DNA of 64,000 bases from Lama glama (taxonomy: Eukaryota): contig CM052817.1 of assembly GCA_028534125.1 (NCBI GenBank), positions 62,932,001 through 62,996,000 of the forward strand, in the 5' to 3' direction. Positions 38,546 to 52,789 of this stretch are shown piece after piece. How positions within the stretch are numbered: position 1 is the first letter of the stretch; each line of letters begins with the position of its first letter. The notes under the pieces are model-generated. The model was not told the origin of the DNA, made no database searches, and was given only the letters and a program-made list of their open reading frames with translations. Made by a program: the position numbers and the translations under genes.

Positions 38546-40060
38546 GGAGGACTCCATATGGGAAAGAGACCAAATTATGCACATGTGAAAAAAGTGAGAA
38601 AGTTGACCTGTCTAGAGAAGAATTCAAAGAAGACTGCAATTGGGTATAAAAGAAGATCATAGAGGGCCATGAAGGTGGGATCAGCAGCCTCAACTAAGTC
38701 AGATGATGGAATTTAAGTAATTCAAAGACTGTGAAAAGGCTAAAACACATATAGGTGGTAAAAGAGATAACATGGCAAAGCTTAAAATATTCAGTACTCA
38801 CATTTTTCATGAATTAAATATTTTCACTATAAGACAACAGAATAAAAGATACATTTAATTAACACAACAAAATATGATAATTTCATTGAAAGAATGTTTA
38901 ATTAAAATAGAACCATAGTGGAAGGATTGGAAGGATTGATTGGATATTTTGTAGAGATGAATCTATTGTGGGGAAGATAATACTCAGATTGAAATGCTGA
39001 GGATGTGCCATTTTATTTCAAGCGTTCGCGTGAGTGTGGCATTTTTCTCATTTACATAAGCAAGCTGTACTGAAAATAAGAAGTCTCAACCAGAAATCTG
39101 CCTTCCAGTGAGAGACAATAACCACCTAATTACTACCCTTTTTCTTTCCAATACAGTCAGGGTCATCAGAACCACATCTTCCTAACAGGGAAAGAGACAG
39201 CCAATAACATCTTAGCAGATGCTACATAATCATGCCTCAAGTGACTTTCTGCAGCTAAAAAGAAAGTAGTATTTGCTCGCAAGTATTTGCTTGCATACGT
39301 GAACGTATCTGCCTGAGTTGTTTTCCTACAGATGTTATCCTGGGAATAGAAGCAAAATTGTTCATTCACTAGCAGCTTTCAAGAAGCACTATGATCTGGG
39401 GCAGCAAAGAACTAGCAATAAAAGGCAGAGAGGCATTCACAATTCTGGAAGAAAACACAGATGTGGAAAATACATAAAATGGCTGGTCTCAAGACTGCCT
39501 GAATTATTATTATGCACCTATACTGAATAATGTTCTAATTCCTGTGTCTCAGAAGACTGCAAATAGATATACATATACTGACATACATATGTAGACAATA
39601 CTGTCAAATGCCACCTTTCATTAAGTGTATAATTTGTGGCTGAGAGCAACAACTAAATTATAAATTCTTGAGAGCACAGTTTCTTATTCACCTTGTATTG
39701 TCAGCTTGAGCCTTGTATATATGTAGCATCATATCTGCTTTTGACATTAAAGATCCTTTATATCCAAGCTATATTTATAACTCAAAGCAAATTAAGAGTT
39801 CACAATATCTAACATTTTACTAAATACTTAATATTTTAAACTGCTAACATGCAGTTTCAGTGAAGTGTAGATATCAGAATACAGTGATTTTTCTCAAGCT
39901 TGAGACTATGACAAATGTGAAACTTTTCTGTTGAGTTCAAACTTAGGATCATAATCTTTTTCAATGCAATCCTCTAGGCAGGTACTCCCAATAAATCAGA
40001 GTTGGAAAGCAACATGGAATCTATTTGTTGTCCTGAGTTCAAAGACATGTATCATGTAGT

Positions 40061-40064
<4 letters not shown>

Positions 40065-40097
<33 letters not shown>
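40065..40097 (+). repeat. (AC)16 microsatellite
   Basis: Uninterrupted AC run. Confidence 0.95.
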
Positions 40098-40098
<1 letters not shown>

Positions 40099-40210
40099 CT
40101 TTACCCTTACTGACTGTATACTAATTAAACTTTATACTGTACTGTAACTAACTGAACTATAACTAAATTACTCAATTATTATACTTGAACTAACAATTAA
40201 TTAAGCCAGG

Positions 40211-40681
40211 TGTGAGAGTCATTTTTATATATCAGCTTGACTGGATCAGGGGATGCCTAGATATCTGGTTAATCATTATTTCTGGATGTGCCTTTGAGGG
40301 TGTTTCCAGATGAGATATGCATCTGAAACCACAGCCCTCCCCAGTGTGAGTAGGCATCGTTCGATTTGCTGAATGTCTGAATAGAACAAAACAGCTAAGG
40401 AAAGAGGAATCTGCCCCCTTTCTTTCCTGCCTCGTTGCTTGAGGTGGGACACCTCATCTCATGGTCTCCTGCCCTTGGTCTGACATTTACATCAATGGCT
40501 GCCCTGGTTCTCAGGTATCTGAACTTGAGCTGAATTATACCATTGGCTTTCCTGGATCTCCAGCTTGCAGACAGTGGATCATGGGACTTCTCAGCCTCCA
40601 TAACTACATAAGCCAATACCTCATAATAAATATTTTTATACCCTATTGGTTCTGTTTCTCTAAAGAACCCTTACTAATACA
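40211..40681 (+). mobile_element. ERVL solo LTR, MLT2B-like
   Basis: Starts tgtgagagtcatttttatatatcagcttgactgg; ctccagcttgcagacagtggatcatgggacttctcagcctccataa; ends ctattggttctgtttctctaaagaacccttactaataca; explains the ORFs at 40395-40784. Confidence 0.85.
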
Positions 40682-43600
40682 CTGGCAAATGGAATCTGCA
40701 TATATTCCATTGTCAGCATACTGTGCTTTTAGAAACAAATACTTAACTTTGGATTCTGATTTGGCTGCAACTATTCATTTATGATATAGGCCTGTTGTGC
40801 TTTATTTCTGTGTCTAATTTCTGTTTCCTAAAACCCTCTGTCTTGGGGAGATACACTTACTCTTGCAACAAATATTTATATAGTACCTAGTATGGGTTAG
40901 GGCTTATGCTACGTAATGAAGCTGTCCAAAAGGCAAGTTCACTGTGGAGAAACAAGAATCAGATTCCATATTGTAATGTACCAGCTTTATTTCTGTTATC
41001 ATCTTCTGCAAGTAAGTATCCATGTTTATATTTTTATGGATATTAACAAGCAATGATAACTCTGCTACATTTCTACATATTACTATTGTATTAATTTGCA
41101 GGACATTTAATGATATGAAAAAACTGGAATGAATGGTTTGTGAATGAACATGTTGAGTTTCAAAAATACATATTCAGTGTTTTAACTAATTTGTCATTGA
41201 TTTACTTTCCTTCAAATTATAGTATTTAGACGGACATAATGGCAGACTACATATTGGCATTGATTTCAGTGTAGTCCAATTGAAGCCACGGTCTCAAGAC
41301 GCGACAAGATTAGGTCAGGCAGATATTCATTGTGGGACTCAGTGACTTATCCTGTTTGGAGAAAGCTCATACCCAACAGTGAGAAATGGATATGGAATAA
41401 ATTCTGGGCATAGAAAGAGAGGACTAGAGATAGCTTTTAGCGATGACAGGACTCCAGCTGAGCAGCCTGATATTCAAAGCCCCAGAGTCAACGGGTGATG
41501 AGTGCACTGAACAAGAACTGAAGGAAGTCACACTACGTAGGAGATAAACAAAACTGTGATTTGTGTCCAAAGTGCCCACCCAAGCTCTCTGGCAGGTAAA
41601 AAGCAATAGGATGACTTCCAGCTCCCACTCACTTGTGGGGGTTCTTCTCCTAATGCTCTTCCTGCCCAGGTACTATGTTAGTCAAAATCAGGAGGTATGA
41701 AGTCTGAGCTCCACTGTGGAAAACAGGGAATAGTGAGGCTTTTCAGATTTGTGACTAGAGAAATGAAAAGTTGAGATACTTTCTCCATATTCTAAATGCT
41801 TTCCAACATTTTTCTGCTCTTTAATTCTCTTCATTGGTTCTCAAATGCCTTCTAGAACAATATTATAGCAATATTCCCTCCTATACTATGCATATTTAAA
41901 CATGTATTTTGTTTCAGTTTGTGATTTAATTTCAATACATTGTTCAATTTGTGTCTAGTCTATTTTTCTTCAAGTTACTTTCATTTCTCAGCATGATCAA
42001 GAATAACCTACATTATACTCCACAAAAATATTTTATTTCCCTATTTCAATACCCTTCAAAATATACATTTTATTGACCCATATTTCAAGTCATTTTAGAC
42101 TCCACTAAGATATAAAAACAGTTAATCCAATATTAATGTATATTCATAACTTTTGCTCCAAGCTGTGAGATCTGTTGACTTCAATATATGAACTTTGAAG
42201 GAAGCTGCAATCAATGTCTGTCTCGTTCTGTGTTCTGCTTGGTACACTCTTTGTTCTCAACAGATCTTTATGTGTATTCTGAGAATTACAATGATTAACT
42301 GTGTGGCTATTCTATATTTTATGAAACATCATCTCTGTCCTCCAGAAATAGATCATCTAGCAAGGAAGATAAAGTTCATGTGCAAATAACTATGACAGAA
42401 GGTAAAATAAGATAAGTACCTCATAAGGTGCACACACAGCATGTTACAGAAGTTCAGAAAAGAAAGAGAGCTGGTTGAACAGGAGGAGCTTTCTTTAATA
42501 CCTTGCATTTTATTTGGTTCTCGTAGCTCAGAGAACATTTTTAAATGAATTTATCTGGAAACTTTTTAATTTTTGAATTTTAAGAGACAGCATTGTCATA
42601 TTTGCTGCTATTAGCAAAAAGCTGCTATTAGCAAAAAGCTCATTACGCTATTAAAAAAAACAAACTGCATAACCCAAGAAAGAAAAATAAGTGCCTCAGG
42701 GTTCTCCTCTAAAATAGTACAAGTAATAATTTTTCTGAAAAGTAATGACATGCCAGACACCTAAAGTTTCTTAAGCATATGAGTCACTGACATGTGTGGA
42801 GTTTTGATCCACTGTCTCCTAGATTCTAGGCCACCTAAACACATCACAGTATCTTAACAAAAGTCACAATATGTCTTAAGTTTTATTTCATACTTACAGA
42901 AAACCACTGAGAGTACTGCCTTCACCTTTCACAGCGGAGTTCCAGCAGCAATTTTTATTCTCTTAATACATTTTTCAGTAAAAGTAGGAATCTTTATTTT
43001 CTTGATACATTTTTCAGAGTAAAAGTTTAATCATGATTTGGAATGCAAATAAAGTACTAAACTCCAAAACTTGGAATCACTGTAAATGCATCCTTTGGGT
43101 TCAGTTCAGTTTAACTATTTATCAAAATCCCAACTGCTCAGTAACTTGTTGTTAAGTGCTCCTATGCATTTTTATGTAGATTTTCCTAATAATAGTCTTT
43201 CCATTCCCTCCCTGCCCATATGATGTGGGGAGATGATCTTCTTCTCTCTCCCTTGCCCCCCAGTTTTCTTTTCTCCTACAACTCAGACAAAGCTCTTTGT
43301 TGTTCTTTTATTTCTTCCTCCTCATTCTTTTCCTGTGCTGTTTTTCTACAACTACAAATAACCCCTTTATATTCTGTCTTCTCCTCATTCAGTGGTTGCT
43401 TCACAACTGACAACTGATATGCATGCCTGCTTCTCTTGGCCTGAAAAGTAGCAGGTAGGGGTGAGTTACCTACAGCCATCAGCGGGTTGGGTTTCCTTTC
43501 ATCCCAGCTGCCTTGTTCTCCACAGTTTGCACATGCTGTCCACGTGAAATGCTCTTCCTTTCTTATACCCTCTGCCTCACGTGCCAGACTCCTCCTCTCC

Positions 43601-44169
43601 CCCTCCTTTAGAGATGGTCCTTTCCAACTCCTAAAATTTCCTTTCATCTTCATCTTGTCCATGAGATTTGACTGATTTTCAGTTTAAGAATTATAAATCA
43701 AGGCCTAGAAAATTTGGAACTTTCTCAAGCTGTCTGAAAAGGGAATCATAGAGCTGCCCCAGGAGCCCAGGTCCACATTCTTAGTCTAAGTACTAGTTCC
43801 ACTGCCAACCACTCTCTTACATAAACAAATCAAAAACATAAGTAAATTATACATCATCTCTATACTTACAGTTTCCACTGGGGCACATATGATTTCTTAG
43901 AAAAGAAATAAAAGCTAAAAATTTCTTTTCACAAAGACAATTACAACTAGTAGAAGTAAAAAGTTAAAGAAAATATGGGAGAAAAAACTCAGAACTCAAC
44001 AAACCTAAAGACTGAATCTGGTGGAGAATTTGAACTACAGAAAAAGTTTTGTCTTTTTAAAGGAGCTTGGCCTTTCTCCAAATGGTATCACATCTATTTA
44101 AAGTAATTTAATTAAGTGAATACTCCTCAATGCTTGATGTTCAATGCAAACTAACATGCTATTTTAATC

Positions 44170-44340
44170 ACAATGTAAAACCCTCTGTGTAAGAATCAGC
44201 TGGGGAAATTGTTAATTATAAAGATTCCTGACCTACTTCTAAAAGTGTTTATTTAATAGGTTTAGGGTGTGGAACAGGAATCTAGATTTTTGAATGCTTT
44301 CCTGTGCTACTAACGTGCAGCCTGTGAGGGAACGATTAAT
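44170..44340. mobile_element. MER5-like MITE (degenerate)
   Basis: taagaatcagctggggaaattgttaattataaagattcctg..aggtttagggtgtggaacaggaatctagattttt. Confidence 0.5.
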
Positions 44341-45899
44341 TTACATTATGTATTATCAAGGATTCAGTAAAAACATGGTTTTTGAAAGAGGGTATTTTAT
44401 TGAATTTCTAGGCATCCATTTCTTGATTTCCTTTGAACTATTTTCATCGCTTTCCTAAACTGATCTTTTTCTTATTATTTTTCAGGAAAATTTATGGCAG
44501 AAGGAGAGAACATACTGAAAATGTGTATTAATGCTATCTATTCACTTATCCAATCCATAGTAAATATTCATCTGGAGTCAATTACAGGAGTGGGGAGGGG
44601 GAAAGAATTAAAATCTAATGAAAGTTAATCAAAGAGAAGAACTTCCTTCAGGCTGGCCATGCATGTCTGTGGTTTGTCTGTCATTTATAATGCTGCAGCC
44701 TCTGGTTCATAGTCAAGCTGTAATTCTGCCAGTTAATGTATCCAATTAACCCCACTAATGAGCTAATCAACAGTGTAAAATCTGTGTAAAATCACTGAGG
44801 GTGTATGATGAATGGAAAATGCACTGAACTCTCCCAATATAAAAAGTGCTTTATTGCACTTGTTAAAGTGGCACTGTCTTATCCCTCTCTAAAGGGTAAT
44901 TTATCACCAGGGTCCGTAACAGTGCCATGCCCTGATAAGGCAGAGATGGCAATAAACCCATCAGAAAATGATTACTCAGGAATGTGGAGCAATTACAGTG
45001 TCTCAGTGTATCAGAGTCATAGGCTACAGAGCAAATGTGCTTTTCTGTTGATACAGAGTTCAAATAAAGAACCAGCAGTAAACTTGAAGGTGATCCATAA
45101 CTTGTAAATGGATGGCCTTTTATATACATGCATATTCATTTATAATCCTCTAAAGCAGGTATTTCTGGTATCATGGGTCTCCACTGTAAAGGAGGATGAT
45201 GGTTCTTATGAGAACTCTTTACTTATCACAAGGGTAGGGTCACACAAAGTTGGCTGCCAAGTAGAAGCTACCCATTTCCTATAAAGCCACTCATCTCCTA
45301 CAGAAAGACTTTCATCAGCTAATTGATAGTCCTTTACTCTTGCTTGTATAACATGATAACATTCTCAAAAGTCTCATTCTTATGTTGGGAAAACAAGGTT
45401 TCCTTTGCGGAGTAGAATCTAGAGTCATTCTCTTGGATTCCAAAGCAAACCCTAGTATTTGCTCTCCTAATCCTATCCTTTTATGGCCCAGTCCCTGAGC
45501 GTTAAATGTGCTTTAAAACTAGTTGTAAATAAGGACAGACTTCTAGAGAAGGAAAGAAGTAGCACTGCCCATTCATTTCTGGATAATTATCGACCTCATT
45601 TGCTACTGTGGCTGACCAATCCCTTTATCATTATTTCCATGTTTCTAGATCTGGTCCCTTTCCTCCCAGTTATACTCTTCAAAACAGAGAAAATTCCCAC
45701 TTTTTAATCTAAAAATACCTCTGCATTTTGTTACTTCTGTCATCTTACTTTTTACAAAGACATGACCCACCTTCTTCCCAATGTGAGTTCTTCCTCCCCT
45801 GTTGTCATTCCTGTCCTTGCTCCATTCACTATTTGTCTTCTTTTCATTCTCTCCCTTCCCCCTGTTGTCTATATTCATCAACAAATATGCTCAAGCATC

Positions 45900-47900
45900 G
45901 GGCTGTTTATTTATCACTTCTCATTCATTTTGAGTCTTCCCTCTAGTTACCACTTTTCTCCTTTCTTTCACTTAAAAAAAATGACTTCTCCCTTACTGTC
46001 TCCTCTCTGTCAATGCACAAACTAGCTTAACCTGATAATCTGATTCATCTCTTCCGTCTACTAGCTAAACTAAAATTGCTTTCTCAAAGCCCCTCACTAT
46101 CAAATATTAAACTCAGTGGTGTTTTGACAGTGATCATCGTAATTAATCTCTTGGAAAAATCCTGACACACTTGACAACATATGCTTTTTCCCTAAAATGC
46201 TTAACCACTCCTTACATTTTATGACGCTACATTCCTGTTCTCCTTCATGTGTCTGATTATCTTTCTTTAAACTGTCTTCTGTGGCCTTTAGTCAGCTGTT
46301 CTTCACATGTATGATTTACTCTACAGCATTGTTTTATATGCGTATTTTAAAATATTCCTACCACGCCTGAACGCAAAAACTGAGCAATCTCTTTCTTGCC
46401 TAATTTGACTACATCCTCTATATTCCAGACTATGAAACTACAGTTCTGAGCTCGTTCATGAATTCCAGGTCTGAACCTCCAAAGCCTGTTGATGTTTTTG
46501 ACATCTCACACTTAATATTTGCAAAGTTTAGCTGATTATATTTTACTACTCAATCAACCAGGTCTTTTAGATCACACAAATCCCACTTTAATTAACTTAG
46601 GCTAAAGAAGGATTTATTAGAAAGATATTGGCATGTGACTTGACTAATCACAGTCAGGATTCTGCATAGTTGTTCCTGCTTCTTTCAAGGTGCTGGTTTT
46701 ATTATGCTCAATAAAACCCCACACCGTCCACAGGGGAGGGAAGTGGTTATCACCACCTTCCGATTCTCATACTTCAAGAGTTCACTCATACTGAAGCTTT
46801 GACTGGTTCTACTTGCCTCTATTCACAGCCACATTTCTCTGCTGTCCTTCAGGATAAAAAAGATGTCACATAATTGTATGACAAAATTCCTTAGAAGAGT
46901 TGTCAATACTCCTTGTCTTCAATTTCTTAACTCTGTTCTCTCTAGAACCTAGTGGACGGTTTCATCCTCACCAACCCATTAAACCAATCATTCCTAATCA
47001 CCAATGACATCCCTCATGTTAGGTCTACTATCAGCTATCTATCTATCCCCTTTTCACTCAAATCTTGACAGCATTTGATACAGATGATTAATTCCCATCC
47101 TTGCATTAATTCTCTTCTTGCCTTTTCTCCTATGCCCTTCTGATGTATTTCATATCCCATTAATATCTTTTTTTTTAATTCAGGTATATTTATCACACAT
47201 TATATTATTCAGGTGTACAACATAATGATTTGATTTTTGGATATACTGTAAAATGATCACCATAATAGTTCTAGCTAACATCCATCACCATACATGGTTA
47301 CAAAATTTTTTTGTGTGATGAGAACTTTTACATAGATGTCTTCTTTTCGTAGTCTATTGCTACATCTACTTCCTCTTCCCAAACTCCAATTACTCCAGGT
47401 TTCAGTACCCAGGCTTCATTTTCTTCCTTACGCAAACTTTCTCCCTAGGTTACCTATGCAGCCTTCCCTGCCCTTTGTACATACAAACTCATCACCAATT
47501 ATATTCGTATACCACAACCCTCTGGTGTAGTCATTATTTCTGTAATACTTTTGTATTTCTGTAATACGCCCTGTGGTCTCACATAGTGGACACTGATCAA
47601 GTTCTTTCCCATTCTCTGCCTCCATTAACACCACTATTATCCCTAGACCCAATTCAATGCTACTTCTCCTATGAAACTTTTTCTAGTAACCCACTCCACT
47701 TAGCTGGAATGAATTATTCTAGGTTCCTGGCTGTGTGTGATTTGTATCTCATTTTAATACATTTCATCCTGTATTCCCTTATAATTTGCTATTAAATTTT
47801 CGACTACCTCACCTAGGCTGCAGTTCCATGAATGAATGCTATAATCTGTTCTGGCATACCATCAGGGCATTCTGCAGCTAACGTGTCCATGAATGCATAA
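45900..47900 (+). mobile_element. Degenerate L2 LINE fragments, interrupted by an L1 3' end
   Basis: cttgacagcatttgatacagatgattaattccc; gacatctcacacttaatatttgcaaag; caccaatgacatccctcatgtt. Confidence 0.45.
47168..47337 (-). mobile_element. L1 3' end (same type as 10906-11156)
   Basis: acattatattattcaggtgtacaacataatgatttgattttt..gctaacatccatcaccatacatggttacaaaatttttttgtgtgatgagaactttta. Confidence 0.8.
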
Positions 47901-50900
47901 TTCAGTTCCACCAGACAACCTGGACTTTTGATGCCTACCAAGAGCATCCTATCTGAATGCCCCCTCTCAGAAAGTTCTACACATACTTCCAAAGTCTGGT
48001 TTGCTTCCCAGAACTAGATTTATTCAAATTTTATTCTCAATCACTTACAAGGCAGCAGGCACAGAATTTTAAATGTTACATTTATTTGCTCTATTTTACT
48101 AAATTTTAATTTTTTACTGATTTATTCAACATTTAAAAATGCTTGTGTACTTAATTTTACTCTTTAAAAATTTTCTTTAGCTTTATCCAAATGGAAAAAA
48201 AATTACAGAAGTTAATTTGCTTAAGTCCACAGGTCAATGAGGGAAAATTTAAAAATATGTGAACCCCTTTTATTTAATTCCAAAGCCCAGACTTTGACTC
48301 TTCCCCTTCTCTTGATCAGTCATCTCCTTCCTTTCTCTCTTAACCTCTTTGCTCTAAGGAGTGTCCCCCCAACACAGTAGGAGCTCTGTAAATATTTGCT
48401 GAATTGACTATAACTTTTTGTGGATGCTAGTAGTTTTGTCATGAAAATGCTGGGAGGCAGGGAAGGTTAATTGAATATGAGTCTCAAGTTGTCTGTGCTA
48501 TGTCTCTTCTCAGTACTAGCTGGCAAACTGCATTTTTCTCTGTTCTCAGCTGCCTCTTATAACCAGCCACATGGGGCCTGCAAAGCTTAGGGCAAAGTCA
48601 AATAACACAGTCAACCCATTCCAGAGAGGCTCTGGCAGAAATTTACAGTGCTGAGGTGCTAGGAAAGAGGTCACAGAGCTGGAGGAAAGAAGAAAACTGG
48701 CATCAAGCACAGTAATACAAGCGCAGGGCTGGATGATAAGAATGCAACCTCAGTAACTTCCAGGACTGGATTATTTACAGCATGTGTGAAAACCATATGT
48801 GTTTTCTAAGAGATTTACTGAAGTCTGACAAATAAGAAAAAGCACAGTGGTGGAAAGGTGTCTTTATACCTTTGTCACTTTACAGAACTTTATTACAACT
48901 TGTCTTTTAACTTAACTTTATATAATGTAATCAGCAATACTGGAATTAATGATCAAATAGTGAAAGTGGTTCAGAGACAAAACCGGCTGATTCCTCTGTA
49001 TAACCAGACAAAATAATGTTATAGAGCAGTGTTTAAATTTTTTGTCAGCCAAGATTTCATAACTAATCTACCTGTTAAATGGATACAAAATTATTTCTTA
49101 CGTTAAAATAAGATTATGTCAGATTTATATTGTTTTAAAGATGAGTAATTGCTTCCATTTTAAAAGAAATCTTATGCTCCAAAACTGTTTACATGATTAC
49201 TTTCTCTGTGGGTTTACTGACTATGATAAGAGCAGAGAAAAATGGTTGAATATTACTTACACCTGAGATCATGAAGTAGAAGAAAACTTCTAATTACAGT
49301 CATACGTAGAATTAATACTAAGCTTCAGCATTAGGTAAACTTCAAACACTACATCCTTATGCCATTGACACTATGCTTACTCATCTGTGACTTGTTCAGT
49401 CCAAATTCCAAGGAAAAGTACGTATTTTTTCATTCTCCTTACGCAGTAACACATTAATTGACCTTAGTATGTATTCTGTTCTCCCACTCAGTCCAAGTGA
49501 TTCTCTCCAATTCATCCTTAGATTTGTATCCCTGATGTCACTTACTCTAAGCTTTTTCCAATTACCCCATGATAACAAATTATGTTAAGTAAAAATCTGA
49601 ATACTTTAATCTGAAGCCCTCTAGCTAAGAAAATTTTTAACTATCCAATAAAATTTTGTTATTTTGCAGGCCATTACTTAATGTGGATTTATCTAATGGT
49701 ATCCTCATGATTAGATCAAGTTAAATGTTTTTATCAGAAATAGTGATGATGTATCCTTCTCTGTGCAACAACATATCAGGAGGCATATGGTGTATAATTA
49801 TTCAACTTTTGGCAATGAAAAATTTGATCACTAGATCAAAGTGTTATCCTCTTGATTTCTTCATCATAAAGGTACCTTTCCCCCTTGTAATGAGAAACAA
49901 TTTGTACAGTGATGTAAACATCCTTTTTCCCACTAAACTTTATCCAATGTTTTCTTTTAAGTAAAAGTTTTATCCTAGAATAGTTTTACATTTACAGAAA
50001 AGCATAAAGATAATACAGATAGCTCTCATGTTTACCATAACTAGGTTTCCTGTTTTTTAACATCTTACACTGGATGACATATTTGTCACAATTAAAGAGC
50101 TAATACTGATGTATTGTTATTAAATAAGGTCCATACTTTTTTGGACTGTTTTCTTTTTATCTAATGTTATTTTTCTAATCCAGGAACCCATCCACGATAT
50201 CACATTATATTTAGTCGTTGTGTCTCCTTAGGCTTCTCTAGATGGTGACAGTTTCTCATACTTTTCTTGTATGGCAAGACAGTTGACTTGACAGTTGTGA
50301 GGAGAACTAATCAGGTATTTTATAGAATATCTCCCAGTTTCAGTTTGGCTGATTTTTTCCTTATGATTAGATTGGAATAATGGGCTTTGGGAAAGAAAAG
50401 CCACAGAGGTAGAGGGCCATTTGCATCACTATCAGATGTGCACACTATCAACGTGACTTACAACTGCAAATATTAACCTTGATCACCTGGCAAGGATAGT
50501 GTTTGTCATGTTTCACTCTATAGAGTTCCTCCTTTTCTTTCTTCCTATACTCTAATCTTTAGAAGGAAATCACTATGGGCAGCTCACACTTAAGTAATGG
50601 GGTTCTATGTTCCACCTCCTAAAGTAAGTATATCTTCATAAATTATTTTTAATTCTGTGTGGAGACTTGTTTATTCTTCCTACTTCATGTATTTATTCAA
50701 TCATTTATTTGTATCAGTATGGACTTATAGATATTTATTTTACTCTACATTATAGTTCATTTCTACATTATTTATTTCGTTGCTCAAACTGTTCCAGCTT
50801 TGGTCAATAAGAACTAGTTAACTTGTGCTTCTCTGATATATTCTATTGGTTTGTTTTTAAGCACTCCCTTACTTTCTGGTACAAGGTACTCCAGGCTTAT

Positions 50901-52237
50901 CTTGTATATTTCTTGTCCCAGACTTATAATCCATTTCTCCAAGGAGCTATCCTTCCTTCCACTAGAAGCCAACATTTGGGTTCTGGATGTGTTTATAACT
51001 ACTGGGGTGTCATTGCTTTATGTTTTTTTCAGAATACAGAGCTTAGAAATATATCTATGTGTATACATATTATAATAATAATCTATTAATAGCTTAATAA
51101 TCATATAAGTCATATATTATATAGATATATGTGGTATATAAACCCATATTTACAATTACTTATACATCTCATCTACATCCGTTTGTGTCAATATTAAGCC
51201 AAACATGAATTCATACTGATGTCTCCAACTTAGTATTAAATGGTTCATTCTAACCAGAGCCTTGCTCTCTTGCTTATTTATAACCTCTCACTACAACAAT
51301 GAGAAGCCTGGCTCCCAATGTCCATAATTCATTTGTGTATTTGTTCAGTCCCAGTATACATGAACAGTGGTTTCAGACTGGCTAACTCATAGACCTATGA
51401 GAAACAACTTCACCAACTGCAGTACAGTGCTTATGTACCATTCCTTTTGTCTTTAGTCTTAAACAGTCTCCACTTGTTAAAAGTCACTTGGGTCAGCATG
51501 TTCTCTCTCCACCTCCTTCAGTGATGCCATACATTTTTAATACAATAGATTATTTTAGCAAAATTTGCATTTCATCTTGGGAGTCCCCTGACCTCCTAAT
51601 TTAAATGTACACACTGAGCTTCATTCTTTGGTTGTAAAATTCTACTGATTTGACAAATCCATGGTGTAACGTGTCTACCACTATACTATCATACTAAGTA
51701 GTTTCACATCCTTGAAATTAAATTCCCTCTGCTTCATCTATTTAATCCTCCCCAAATTCCCTGGCAACCACTGATATGTTTTCCATCTTTATATTTTTGC
51801 CTTTTCCAAAATTTCATATAAATGTAATGATATAATATATCACCTATACATGCAGGCTTCTTTCATTTAGCAATGAGCATTTAAGATTCATCCATATTGT
51901 TGCATTGATCCCTCTTTATCAATGAATTGTGCTCCCTTGTATGAAGGTACGATGTGGATTTTATCCATTTATCTTTTGAAGGACATCTTGGCTGCTTCCA
52001 TTTTTAGTGATAACTACTATAAATACTTGCATGTAGAATTTTGGTAAACATAAGTTTTCAAATCAGTTAGATAAATGCAAGTGCAAATGCTGGACTATGT
52101 TTAGTTTTATAAGAAACTGCCAAATTGCATTCCCACAAGCAATAAATAAGATTTGTTGTTGCTCCACATCTTTGCCAGTAATTGAAACTTTTTTTAAGCT
52201 ATTCTAACAAGTATGTAGTAATATCTAATTGCTATTA

Positions 52238-52387
52238 CAGGGAAATATATACAAGACCTTATGGTAGCTCACAGAGAAAAAATGTGACAATGAATATATA
52301 TATGTTCATGTATAACTGAAAAATTGTGCTCTACACTGGAATTTGACACATTGTAAAATTATTATAAATCAATAAAAAATGTTTTAA
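52238..52387 (+). mobile_element. 5'-truncated lineage-specific L1 3' end (about 150 bp) with degenerate 18-bp TSD
   Basis: aatatctaattgctatta (52220-52237) vs aaaatctgattgctctta (52388-52405); 3' part near-identical to 60391-60468. Confidence 0.85.
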
Positions 52388-52500
52388 AAAATCTGATTGC
52401 TCTTATTCCAGCAATAGTTTTGTCATTCATTGACGATCTTTTTCTAAATTATTTATTAAATTGGTAGTTCCAAAATAGCAGTATTTTAATTCTATAATTC

Positions 52501-52558
52501 ATTGTTGTTGTTATTATTATTATCATTATTGTTACTACTACTACTACTAATACTACTA
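52501..52558 (+). repeat. Compound (TTG)/(TTA)/(CTA) trinucleotide repeat
   Basis: attgttgttgttattattattatcattattgttactactactactactaatactacta. Confidence 0.85.
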
Positions 52559-52789
52559 AGGCCTTCTGTTAAAAAAGAGTGCCCTCACCTCTTTTTTTAC
52601 TACTTCCCATTAGACTCATCAATGTCTTTATTTTAAATTATACTATTGTCATTATATTACTTATTTTGATGCTTAAATTATCCCAAATTTGGCATATAAG
52701 AGCCTATTTATGCTTACTCCTCTTGCTTTTGGCATTTATAGTACTGACAGGTTTCTAAACAAATAAATAAATAAAATAAGCAATGAAAT

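Larger units (their letters stand above)
49660..52740 (-). mobile_element. Nested old L1s: L1MC4/5-like (about 49660-49955 and 52406-52740) interrupted by a long L1MC3/L1MD-like 3' region (about 49960-52237)
   Basis: tagttttacatttacagaaaagcataaagataatacagatagctctcat; atattaaccttgatcacctggcaagg; ccctggcaaccactgatatgttttccatc; gaaggacatcttggctgcttcca. Confidence 0.75.

Noticed and set aside
40395..40784. ORFs of 73 and 107 aa
   Set aside because: Lie mostly within an MLT2 LTR; typical repeat-derived pseudo-ORFs.
43276..43662. 128-aa minus-strand ORF (MDKMKMKGN..)
   Set aside because: Arises from a purine-rich strand with few stops; no recognisable domain.
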